Assembly (NCBI GenBank): GCA_048884785.1
Contig: JBHLQM010000055.1
Span: forward strand, 1 to 24,768
DNA from: Candidatus Thorarchaeota archaeon
Lineage (GTDB): Archaea; Asgardarchaeota; Thorarchaeia; Thorarchaeales; Thorarchaeaceae
Length of the DNA: 24,768 bases
Reading direction: 5' to 3'
The notes beneath the pieces are model-generated. The model saw only the letters and a program-made list of their open reading frames with translations, was not told the origin of the DNA and searched no databases. The stretch's first letter is position 1; every line of letters starts with the position of its first letter. This document shows, piece by piece, positions 16,417-24,768 of the stretch. The translations under genes and the position numbers were made by a program.

Positions 16417-17235
16417 ATGAACCGAGAAGTGACTGTAATTAAACTCGGGGGATCCTTGCTGACTGACAAAACCAAACCGTATACATACAGAAAGGAAGTT
16501 CTCGAGTCTGTAGCTCATGAGATAAGAGAGTGCATCGATGCCAAACTAATAGATCGTCTGGTTCTTTTGCATGGCGTGGGCTCATACGGTCACCCTCCGG
16601 TTCTTGAACACAAACTCTACAAAGGATTTCTCGGAGAGGAGCAGTTACTGCCCCTCTCTAAGACTCAGGAAGAGGTTGGAGAGTTTCGCCATATCATTGT
16701 GAGAGAGTTTCAAAAAGCCGGAGTACCAATCTGCCTGATGTATCCTTCTTCAATGATGAAATCTGATACAATGCATATCACGCACCATTTCCTTGATCCA
16801 GTGAAGGGATTCCTTTCAGTTGGCATGGTTCCATTAATGGGCGGTGATATACTCATCGACAGTGCAATGGGATGGAGTGTTGCCAGTGGCGACCAAATGG
16901 CTGCGATTGTCGCGGCTGAGCTGAGAGCCAAACACTTGATCTTCGTTTCGGACGTGAAAGGAATCTATGATTCTGACCCCAAAGTAGATCCAGATGCCCA
17001 TCTAATAGAGAGCATAGACCTCAGCAATTTGGAGGCGGCACTATCAAGAATGGGGAAATCAGGTGTAGTTGATGCAAGTGGAGCGATGAAGGGGAAGCTC
17101 AAATCGATTGAGCCGCTGAAGCAATACATCAAGGAAGGTATGGATGTTGCTCTACTGTCATTGATGGAACCAGGTGTTCTGAAAGGTTACTTGGAAGGAC
17201 ATGATGTTCCAGCGACTAGGATTGTAGTGAAATAA
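16417..17235 (+). CDS. ipk: Isopentenyl phosphate kinase (amino acid kinase fold)
   Basis: Motifs VIKLGGSLLTDK, LHGVGSYGH (IPK-type His), VPLMGGD, SGDQ, SDVKGIYDSDP and DASGAMKGK. Start ATG 16417 follows GGTGA. Confidence 0.88.
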   Translation: MNREVTVIKLGGSLLTDKTKPYTYRKEVLESVAHEIRECIDAKLIDRLVLLHGVGSYGHPPVLEHKLYKGFLGEEQLLPLSKTQEEVGEFRHIIVREFQKAGVPICLMYPSSMMKSDTMHITHHFLDPVKGFLSVGMVPLMGGDILIDSAMGWSVASGDQMAAIVAAELRAKHLIFVSDVKGIYDSDPKVDPDAHLIESIDLSNLEAALSRMGKSGVVDASGAMKGKLKSIEPLKQYIKEGMDVALLSLMEPGVLKGYLEGHDVPATRIVVK

Positions 17236-17242
17236 TAGGAGA

Positions 17243-17268
17243 AAGCCATAGGACGATTCCTATAGCTT
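17243..17268. terminator. Hairpin between the convergent ipk and vWA genes
   Basis: On the minus strand AAGCUAUAGGA-AUCG-UCCUAUGGCUU forms an 11-bp stem with one G-U pair. Confidence 0.5.
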
Positions 17269-17280
17269 GCATGCATGAAA

Positions 17281-18165
17281 TTACTTTGATTTCTTTCTTA
17301 ACTGTCTAACAGCTTCGCGAACATCTTCTTCACTAATCTCTTGCTCTTCTAGAGCATAGTCGGCTTTGGCGCCTGCTGCTGCAGGAGCAGACTTCACTGC
17401 ACGTCTTGTGTACCCCTTTGCCTTTAATGTAGATGCTAATTCAGCCATCTTCTCTTCAGAAATTTCCTCATCTGAAGTGAAGACCTCGATATTGGTTCCT
17501 AGTTCCTTTAGAATCTCCTGCTGGATACCTATCTTGTCAATCTCTTCTACTGCGATTCCAGTGATCAGACTGACAAGCGTTTCAGCTTCAGCTAGTGGGA
17601 AGAAGTTCCCTTGAGTGATTTCAGCGATCTTCTTGAAGGTGGCAATTGCATTCTCGTAATTCTCTATTTCTGGATAGCAGCCAACAGTGTGAAATACAAT
17701 TCCCTTATCAAAGGCGACTTGAGCCTCTGTTTCCCACTCAATTCCATCTGGTGAGCCACTTTGCCATCGATCTTGTGGTTCAACTCCGTGAGGTGGTGCA
17801 TCTGCAACAAGGACAATGACCTTGGCGGCGTCCCGAAGGAATTCCATCCTATTCGCAACATTCATCGCGGTAGAAACTGCTTCAGGAGCGTCACCTCCAC
17901 CAGAGGCTTGCATCTGCTTCACATTCTCCTCTATTTTGTGAGTATCAGAGGTGAGTTCAAATTTCTGTGTCACCCATGTCGCTTCTTCGGGAGGATGATC
18001 TCTATATGCAACAAGACCTACACGAAGCCTATGACAGAGCTCTTCTTTCTTGATTGTACGGATAATCTCTAGAATCTTTGACTTCGTCTGTTCGATATAG
18101 GGACCCATCGAACCAGTATTGTCTACAACAAACACCAGATCCAATTGTCCTAACCTTTCTGACAT
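17281..18165 (-). CDS. Stand-alone vWA domain protein with acidic helical C-terminus
   Basis: MIDAS motif DLVFVVDNTGSM, plus VGLVAYRDH, GGGDAPEAV and VLVADAPPHG. Start ATG 18165 (GAGG upstream); 18180 is possible. Confidence 0.9.
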   Translation of the reverse strand: MSERLGQLDLVFVVDNTGSMGPYIEQTKSKILEIIRTIKKEELCHRLRVGLVAYRDHPPEEATWVTQKFELTSDTHKIEENVKQMQASGGGDAPEAVSTAMNVANRMEFLRDAAKVIVLVADAPPHGVEPQDRWQSGSPDGIEWETEAQVAFDKGIVFHTVGCYPEIENYENAIATFKKIAEITQGNFFPLAEAETLVSLITGIAVEEIDKIGIQQEILKELGTNIEVFTSDEEISEEKMAELASTLKAKGYTRRAVKSAPAAAGAKADYALEEQEISEEDVREAVRQLRKKSK

Positions 18166-18294
18166 TGCTATGAACCTCAATAATTATCGGTCTGTCGTCA
18201 TGAGAGAATATAAGTTTCTGTAGTCTTGAAACTAGCATCAATTATATATCATCCAGACTTGGTGAGGAGCAATCTCCATTATAAGAGGGATTTC

Positions 18295-19611
18295 ATGACA
18301 TCGACAAAGATTGCTGTTATTGGTGCCGGTAGTCTTAATTTCGGTCTTGGAACCTGCGGAAGCATATTCAATTCTGAAGTTCTAGATGGAGCCCAAGTTT
18401 GTTTGCATGACATTAATGCAGAAAATCTGGAATTGGCAAGAGAAGCATGTCAGGCAAAGATTGATCATGATAATCTGAATTTTTCTCTAGAAGCCACAAT
18501 AGATCGTGCAGAGTGTCTGAAAGGAACAGAGTTCATAGTAAATTCCATTGAAGTAGGTCCAAGATTCTATTGGTGGGAGCTAGATAAGAAGATTCCATGG
18601 AAGTATGGAAGCACTCAGGTATTTGGTGAGAATGGAGGACCTGGAGGGATGTTCCATTCGTTGCGCGTAATCCCGCCAATATTAGACATTTGCCAAGACA
18701 TCACGAGAATCTGTCCAAATGCGACTCTCATCAACTACTCAAACCCAATGTCAAGAATTTGCTTGGCAATAAAGAGAAAATTCCCCAACTTGAAGACCAT
18801 TGGTCTCTGTCACGAAATCGCAGCAGTTGAGTATATGCTTCCAAAGGTTCTGAAACTACCCTTGGAGGAAGTGGATTTGTGGTGCGGCGGATTGAATCAT
18901 ATGGGAGCTATCATAAAGGCCAAACATAGGGACACTAATGAAGATTTGATACCTACGATTAGGGAGGAGGGTATTAAATTCTTGAGAAGATGGAGATGGA
19001 GTGTTTCATCAAGATTGCATTATCCAGTTGATTTGACTCTGCACATACTTGACAAGTATGGATATGTGCCCTATACCAATGATTCACATTATGGAGAGTA
19101 TATTGGTTGGGCAAAAGATGTTGTCAACATGAGGGGAATCAAGAATTTCTACTTTCTCTACAGACAAACCCTGCGTTACAGAGGTTTTCAGATTCGAAGG
19201 AAAATTAGTAGAAGAAAGGGATATGAATTAGTGAAACCTGATAATGAACGAGCTATCCCAATTATTGAGGGGATTCTTACAGACAGCAATCACCATGAAC
19301 TTTCTGTTAATCTACCAAATGATGGTATAATATCCAATCTCCCCAAAGATTCAATCGTTGAGTGCCCAGCTATTGTTAGTAAATCAGGAGTGCAGGGGAT
19401 CCCGCTTGGAGAATATCCAGCACCACTTGTTGAGCTATTAAGGGATGAAGTAAGTGTTCAAGATTTAGTCGTTAACGCCATTCTCAATAAGTCAAGAGAG
19501 GATGCTGTACGAGCCCTTGAAGCGGATCCGAACTTCCCCCGCAAGGACTTAATCAACTCCTTTCTCGATGAAATGACCGAACTTCAGAAGGAATGGGTTG
19601 TTTTGAATTGA
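18295..19611 (+). CDS. Glycoside hydrolase family 4 (NAD+/Mn2+-dependent alpha-galactosidase/glucosidase-like)
   Basis: Motifs KIAVIGAGS, GENGGPGG..SLRVIP, INYSNPM, GLCHE, GLNH and NLPKDSIVECPA. Start ATG 18295. Confidence 0.92.
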   Translation: MTSTKIAVIGAGSLNFGLGTCGSIFNSEVLDGAQVCLHDINAENLELAREACQAKIDHDNLNFSLEATIDRAECLKGTEFIVNSIEVGPRFYWWELDKKIPWKYGSTQVFGENGGPGGMFHSLRVIPPILDICQDITRICPNATLINYSNPMSRICLAIKRKFPNLKTIGLCHEIAAVEYMLPKVLKLPLEEVDLWCGGLNHMGAIIKAKHRDTNEDLIPTIREEGIKFLRRWRWSVSSRLHYPVDLTLHILDKYGYVPYTNDSHYGEYIGWAKDVVNMRGIKNFYFLYRQTLRYRGFQIRRKISRRKGYELVKPDNERAIPIIEGILTDSNHHELSVNLPNDGIISNLPKDSIVECPAIVSKSGVQGIPLGEYPAPLVELLRDEVSVQDLVVNAILNKSREDAVRALEADPNFPRKDLINSFLDEMTELQKEWVVLN

Positions 19612-19674
19612 TGTTAGAGGAATTCAGAAAGAACCTTTAGTCCCGATGCAATCGTACAGCGAAAGGTGTGAAGC

Positions 19675-20361
19675 TTGGAGAAAATCAAAGAGAACCCTAT
19701 TCTAGACCTCATCCTGATGCATTTTGTGTTTGCTATACCGACAGCACTTATTCTAGCAATCTTCCAAGATGTAGCAATAGGTGCGAGATTACTTGTTGTT
19801 GTTGTTCTCTACAATGTACTCCTACCTCTTTGGGCATATCTCAGAGATCATAAGGAATGGCTAGAGGTTTGGATATTCGTATTCCCAATCAGTCTACTCA
19901 TGGTTTTTCCAGACTGGTTTTTGGCTCTACAGCTTGATGTATTATCATTCCCGGCGGATGGATTTCCAATGATTGGTGCAGTTCCAATCTACATGGCAGG
20001 ACTTTGGGCGATACCACTTTTTTTGATTGTGTATGCTGGACTTTTAGTAAGAAGCAAAGGAGTTCCAATGACCACTCTTTCAATATTGATTATGTCACTT
20101 CTCTTATTCGTGGGTTCGGAGGCCACACTGTGGATGTTGGGTTCTTGGTATGCACATGATGTTCTCATGATTGGAAATGTTGCCATTTACATCATTATTC
20201 CCGAGCTGCTTCTAGGTCTCTCGACATACATAGGATATCTAATAACTCGGAAAATGGGCATTGTGCATAGACTGGTAATGGCATTCATCATCATGGTCAT
20301 GTATATTGGTAATGCAAGTTTCTTCTACTTCATTATCGAGAGATTGATACTTGCAGCATAG
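19675..20361 (+). CDS. Hypothetical multi-pass membrane protein (possibly DUF6989-like)
   Basis: About 7 TM helices and a conserved-looking VFPDWFL..FPADG..IGAVPIYMAGLWAIP segment. The DUF assignment is from memory only. Confidence 0.75.
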   Translation: MEKIKENPILDLILMHFVFAIPTALILAIFQDVAIGARLLVVVVLYNVLLPLWAYLRDHKEWLEVWIFVFPISLLMVFPDWFLALQLDVLSFPADGFPMIGAVPIYMAGLWAIPLFLIVYAGLLVRSKGVPMTTLSILIMSLLLFVGSEATLWMLGSWYAHDVLMIGNVAIYIIIPELLLGLSTYIGYLITRKMGIVHRLVMAFIIMVMYIGNASFFYFIIERLILAA

Positions 20362-20363
20362 CA

Positions 20364-22034
20364 TTACTCTCGGAAATGATTAACAATTGGCATCTTCCAT
20401 CCAATACCGAAAGACTTCTTGGTAATGCGAATACATGGAGGGGCTTGCCATCTCTTGTACTCTGAAAGGCGAACTCGCCTGTACACATCTTCAACTATGT
20501 CTGCAGGATATCCCATTGCCAGTAGCTCTTTCTTGCCTCTTCGATTTGCAACAATCTCATCAACCATAGGACTGACAATATCAAAATCAAATGGATCAAA
20601 TTGGTTTTCTCTGAGCTCTGCGGAGGGGCGCTTCTTAATGGAACCTTCAGGGATTATTTGTCTATCAGCCTTTTTATTCACATATTCTGCAAGCTTGTAT
20701 ACTTCGAGCTTGCTTACATCACCAATGACTCCAACTCCTCCGGTCATATCTCCATATAGTGTACAATATCCAAGAGCAATTTCTGTCTTATTCCCTGTGT
20801 TGAGTACGAGAATTCCCAAATCCTTCAATCGATTTGAGATATCCATGAGAATGTTGCCTCTCACTCTAGGTTGTATATTCTCGTCTGCTACAGGATCATC
20901 TTGCTGAATACTTACGCCGAAATGAGCTCGAAGTTCCTCAAGTGGTGGCCATAATGAGTCATGGTAACTATTCACAATATCCTGTATTGGAACTTGAAGA
21001 TACTTTATTCCTAGATTCTGAGCCAATTCCTCAGCATCTGTCATACTATGACCGCTTGAAAATCTCGATGGCATTGATACGCCAATTACGTTCTCAGTAC
21101 CTAATGCATCCGCGGCGATGCATGCTGTTAGAGCTGAATCAATTCCTCCACTGAGTCCAAGTATAGCTTTCTTGAATCCTGTCTTTCTGAAATAATCACG
21201 AATTCCCAAGACAAGAGCACTATACATCTCATCTTCTTGATCATACCTCGGTTTGGGTAGGGGTTCTCCGAATCCCGTATCCAAATCGAATTCAGTAAAT
21301 ATCAGATCTTCTTCGAATTGCTTCCCAAGTGCGATGATTCTCCCCTTTGCATCTGCTCCAATACTTCTGCCATCAAATACTAATTCATCTTGGCCTCCGA
21401 CAAGATTGACTAGGAATAGCGGTACTCGGTTTTTCTTTGCTTTCTCAACTACCAAACGCTGTCGTTCAAATTGCTTACCAACATGGAATGGAGAAGAAGA
21501 GATATTGATGACAAGTTGTGCGCCTCGAAGGCATAGAAGCTCAGTGATTTTCTCTTCATAGGTAGTATCCCAAAGGTCTTCGCAAATCTCTACTCCTAAA
21601 TTAATGGTCATATTTCCGATTCGAATAGCTATGGGAGCGATTTCTTCTGATTTGCCCTGTTCAAAGTAGCGTTCCTCATCAAACACATCATACGTTGGCA
21701 AAAGGACCTTGTGAATAATATGGAGTAGCTCTCCATCTGCGTACACTGCCGCAGCATTGTATAGGGACCCTTTCTTATCGATATCAACAAAGCCAACGAT
21801 GGCGACAATACCTTTTGATTTCCGTGAAACAGACCTCATAGCTTTCCTATTTGCTTTAATGAATGCACTCTCATGAAGAAGGTCTTGTGGAGGATATCCT
21901 GTGATCACCATCTCAGGAAAAGCAACAATGTCTGCACCTTGTTCTCTAGCCGTTCCAATCCAATTGATGACTTTTGATAAATTACCTTCTACATCACCAA
22001 CTGTCGAGTTAACTTGAGCCATGGCCACCTTCAT
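20364..22034 (-). CDS. nadE: Glutamine-dependent NAD+ synthetase
   Basis: Nitrilase domain with the E-K-C triad (FPEM, HKVLLPTYDVFDE, EICEDLW) fused to a synthetase domain (GLSGGIDS, ENIQPRVRG, TGNKTE, YCTLYGD, PSAELR). Confidence 0.96.
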   Translation of the reverse strand: MKVAMAQVNSTVGDVEGNLSKVINWIGTAREQGADIVAFPEMVITGYPPQDLLHESAFIKANRKAMRSVSRKSKGIVAIVGFVDIDKKGSLYNAAAVYADGELLHIIHKVLLPTYDVFDEERYFEQGKSEEIAPIAIRIGNMTINLGVEICEDLWDTTYEEKITELLCLRGAQLVINISSSPFHVGKQFERQRLVVEKAKKNRVPLFLVNLVGGQDELVFDGRSIGADAKGRIIALGKQFEEDLIFTEFDLDTGFGEPLPKPRYDQEDEMYSALVLGIRDYFRKTGFKKAILGLSGGIDSALTACIAADALGTENVIGVSMPSRFSSGHSMTDAEELAQNLGIKYLQVPIQDIVNSYHDSLWPPLEELRAHFGVSIQQDDPVADENIQPRVRGNILMDISNRLKDLGILVLNTGNKTEIALGYCTLYGDMTGGVGVIGDVSKLEVYKLAEYVNKKADRQIIPEGSIKKRPSAELRENQFDPFDFDIVSPMVDEIVANRRGKKELLAMGYPADIVEDVYRRVRLSEYKRWQAPPCIRITKKSFGIGWKMPIVNHFRE

Positions 22035-22293
22035 GAAAGATCACGCCTTGTAACGCCTAAAACATCGAGTAAAGGCTTTTGCTCCAAGAGTTGAAGGCAA
22101 AAGATGCCGGTAAATCCGATACTTGGCAGGAGTTACCTTATTCATATATTCCATCCCAATCTTCAAATTGCTATAATAATCTCCTTTTTGAGAAGCAATT
22201 ACATTCGTTAGAATAACCAAGTACAACCGCAGAGAGGTAAAAACGCTGATATTATCAAATTCACTCAAACCATCATCAGATCATGTTTCACTA

Positions 22294-24159
22294 GTGATTT
22301 CCATTTTCTTGCTATTGACGCTGATGATTCCTCTTACGGGTACAGAATCATCCTTTATTCAGCACGAATTCAATCCTCAGAATGAGATGCTTCCAGCAAG
22401 CCCTGTGTATGCAAATGAAATTGCAGAAGAAGTATACATGAAAGTTACACAGACTTCCTATTCGGATTTAGTAAAGGGATTCTCGGATTTGGGACCCAAG
22501 CTTTACGCAACCCCTGGGAATGATGATGCTCGGGATTGGATTATTGACAAACTTTCAAGCCTCACAAACAACAAAGTAGTGGGTCAGGTTGTGGGAGCTT
22601 TTGAGAATGTAGTGGGTCGACTGAAAGGGACAGCCGGTAGTTCAGGTCCTGTGGTGATGGTAGGTGCACACTACGACACCATTGATATCTCTGCAGGCGC
22701 AAATGATGATGGTTCAGGCGTAGCTACAACACTTGAATTAGCTCGAGTTCTCTCCCAATATTCGTGGCCGCTTGACATCTACTTTGGATTTTGGAATCGC
22801 GAAGAATCAGGGCTTCATGGTTCACGAGATTTCGCAAATAACTTCAGCGATTCAGGGATAGACATGCTAATCTATTACAACATAGACATGCTGTTAGTGC
22901 CTTCAGTGAGTGTTTCCTTGGATCGTCGTGTCTATATGGCCTATTTATCTGAATTTGGAGCCAAGTATCAAGATTCTCAATTTTGGGCAGAACTGACTCG
23001 TGCTGTGGGAAATAACTATGATTCGGCAATAACCAATCCTATCCCCTCATCTGATTTTGCCTCATGGGACTACTCTGATCACCGTCCGTTTCAAGAAGCC
23101 GGATATAAGGGAGTGATTTTCGCCCATGAAACAGGAGGAAATAGAGATGTAGCATACCACACTGAAAATGATGTTTGGTCAAACCCCCTCTACAGATATG
23201 ATGTTGGAGCTGCCGCTACCGCAAGCATTGGGGCAGCACTGGCATTTTCCCTCTCTAGAATTGAGAATCAACCTTTCTATGAAAGATACCAATTCACTCT
23301 TTCCGCAGGCAGTAGCCAGACAATTCTTATTCCCATGTCACTCAAAACAGAGATTGGTGTTACTTCTACGGTGTCAGGAGGAGGGTCAATACGAGCCCGC
23401 ATCATAAGTCCGTTTGGCCAGGAAATTGGCTCTGAGATTCTAGGTAACGCTAACGGTCAGTCATCATTACGGTTTGCTGAAAATACCTCCTTTTTTGGTC
23501 TACACGGAGTTGAAATTACCAATGTTGAATCTCGAACGACTACTTTTGAGGTTGTAATAGATTATGACACGGATATTGAAGGCGACGACATCCCTGACAG
23601 CACTCAAGAGTGGTATAGCAATTACCAAGATGATTCGGATGATGATGGAATAGGCGATGATGATGAGGATGATATGGGTCCAGATCCCATGAACTCTGAC
23701 CGCGATGGAGATAACCTTTCGGACTACGAAGAGAGGTATATCTATGGGACAGCCATTAACAATAACGATACTGATGGAGACCTTATGCCTGATGGATGGG
23801 AGGTCCAGATGGGACTTAATCCCTTGCTCAAAGATGGAAATAGGGATCCTGATTTCGATGGACTTTTGAATATTGACGAATATCGGCACGGTACGCTTTA
23901 CAACAACAGTGATACTGATTCGGATTTAATGCTGGATGGCTGGGAAGTTCTCCATGGACTCAATCCATTAATTGATGATGCGAATCAAGATCCTGATGGA
24001 GATACATTAAGCAACCTGTATGAGTATCGAGCAGGGTATGACCCGATGGTATATGATGGCCCGATGGCTTCTGTCATTCCAATCACTTTCGGCACAGTGG
24101 TGGTTCTCATAGCAGCTATAGGATGGTACGCTCGAAGCAGATTCAAGGGAAGAGCATAG
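22294..24159 (+). CDS. Membrane-anchored M28 family metallopeptidase with acidic Ca-binding-type repeats
   Basis: Signal-like N-terminus; metal-ligand motifs GAHYD, GANDDGSG, NREESGL, NIDM, SDH and YHT; DxDGD repeats; C-terminal TM plus basic tail. The true start may lie slightly upstream. Confidence 0.9.
   Translation: MISIFLLLTLMIPLTGTESSFIQHEFNPQNEMLPASPVYANEIAEEVYMKVTQTSYSDLVKGFSDLGPKLYATPGNDDARDWIIDKLSSLTNNKVVGQVVGAFENVVGRLKGTAGSSGPVVMVGAHYDTIDISAGANDDGSGVATTLELARVLSQYSWPLDIYFGFWNREESGLHGSRDFANNFSDSGIDMLIYYNIDMLLVPSVSVSLDRRVYMAYLSEFGAKYQDSQFWAELTRAVGNNYDSAITNPIPSSDFASWDYSDHRPFQEAGYKGVIFAHETGGNRDVAYHTENDVWSNPLYRYDVGAAATASIGAALAFSLSRIENQPFYERYQFTLSAGSSQTILIPMSLKTEIGVTSTVSGGGSIRARIISPFGQEIGSEILGNANGQSSLRFAENTSFFGLHGVEITNVESRTTTFEVVIDYDTDIEGDDIPDSTQEWYSNYQDDSDDDGIGDDDEDDMGPDPMNSDRDGDNLSDYEERYIYGTAINNNDTDGDLMPDGWEVQMGLNPLLKDGNRDPDFDGLLNIDEYRHGTLYNNSDTDSDLMLDGWEVLHGLNPLIDDANQDPDGDTLSNLYEYRAGYDPMVYDGPMASVIPITFGTVVVLIAAIGWYARSRFKGRA
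23560..24060 (+). repeat. Protein-level tandem DxDxDxxxDxxExxxGxNP repeats (thrombospondin type-3-like)
   Basis: Units include DRDGDNLSDYEE, DTDGDLMPDGWEVQMGLNPL, DPDFDGLLNIDEYRHGT, DTDSDLMLDGWEVLHGLNPL and DPDGDTLSNLYEYRAGYDP. Confidence 0.8.
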
Positions 24160-24205
24160 AAACGCTCAATGAATATGTCCATTTCAGATAGATACTACCA
24201 CCAAA

Positions 24206-24768
24206 TCATCTCTTCTCTTGAGCAATTGTGTCTCTCAGCAGGTTAGCCGCATTTCTATAATGTTGCTTGGCACTCTCAAAACTCGCAGAATCCTTGGGAT
24301 CGAACTCAACGATGATTTCCTTGAATATCTCCTTGTGTGAGGAGATACTTGGCTGAAGGCCATGAATGGAGAGCAAAGATTCCGATGCATGATTTCTGAC
24401 CAAATAGTCAGGGTCAAGCATCGAATCATAAAGTGCCTCGATGACCTCTGGTGCATTATATTCACGAAGTAGAATTGCTGCGTACATTCGAAATGTCCAG
24501 TGTGAGCCTTTTTTCAAAACAAGTAGAATGTATTTCATATACTCTGATGTTTCTTCAATAGTATTTAGTGCATGGGCTATTTCTATCAGAGCTCTTGGTC
24601 CAGCATTCTGTAGCTCCTGCTTTAAGTCTGGTATTGATGATATCGCCTTTAATTCACGTAGACCCATGGGCGCCCAGTAGCTACCCTCCTTCATTGACTG
24701 AACCAACATCTCAATTGCCTTTTCTCTCTCTTCACCCTTTAGCCACTTCACAGAAGATGTGTCTATCC
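24206..24768 (-). CDS. HEAT-repeat (PBS lyase-like) protein, probably 5'-partial
   Basis: Motifs RMYAAILLRE..PEVIEALYDSMLDPDYLVRNHASESL. The frame stays open from GTG 24751 to the window edge (IDTSSVKWLKG). Confidence 0.8.
   Translation of the reverse strand, partial: IDTSSVKWLKGEEREKAIEMLVQSMKEGSYWAPMGLRELKAISSIPDLKQELQNAGPRALIEIAHALNTIEETSEYMKYILLVLKKGSHWTFRMYAAILLREYNAPEVIEALYDSMLDPDYLVRNHASESLLSIHGLQPSISSHKEIFKEIIVEFDPKDSASFESAKQHYRNAANLLRDTIAQEKR

Noticed and set aside
22041-22268. 75-aa minus-strand ORF upstream of nadE
   Set aside because: No recognisable motif, and it occupies the probable divergent promoter region of nadE and the peptidase; likely spurious.
23560-24060. DNA-level repeats (GATGG-TGGGA..., CTGATGGAGA) as a mobile or VNTR element
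   Set aside because: Fully explained by the encoded protein repeats, with synonymous divergence between copies.
512-24680. Numerous short antisense or alternate-frame ORFs in the track (e.g. 6182-6637, 16013-16417, 20419-20907, 23500-23889)
   Set aside because: They are shadow ORFs nested in well-supported genes, with composition explained by the opposite-strand codons.
1-24768. Selenoprotein (in-frame TGA) or SECIS element, given that some Asgard archaea use Sec
   Set aside because: All recognised families look complete at their TGA stops and their redox Cys are ordinary Cys codons. Neither the 8517 nor the 15286 hairpin shows the AUGA/GA quartet on opposing arms.

Overview
A gene-dense archaeal chromosome segment, most likely from an Asgard archaeon (Thorarchaeia-like). 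That assignment is an inference from a membrane protein with an Asgard-type longin-like cytoplasmic domain, an isopentenyl phosphate kinase, a thiolase/DUF35 pair, and frequent TTG/GTG starts. About 24 CDS are present, with both terminal genes running off the window. They cover lipid/isoprenoid metabolism (thiolase + DUF35, acyl-CoA dehydrogenase, a farnesol/phytol-kinase-like gene next to IPK), a nitroreductase-V4R/SHOCT-DRE-TIM synthase operon, glutamine-dependent NadE, a GH4 glycosidase, an M28 peptidase with Ca-binding-type repeats, and OsmC, gamma-CA, vWA and DedA/VTT proteins plus several unknowns. I saw no tRNA, rRNA, CRISPR array, transposase or integrase. The main leads are: (1) a ~95-nt intergenic element at 15286-15381 with a G-U-rich stem, an alternative pairing register and a loop antisense to an SD+ATG of an 11-codon ORF; (2) a prenol kinase + IPK putative isoprenoid-alcohol salvage operon; (3) a Vps62/NLP-motif protein; (4) a LarA homologue that has lost its cofactor/catalytic residues; (5) a receptor-like Ig-TM-longin-wHTH protein. 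All family calls come from motif recognition by eye, not from database searches.
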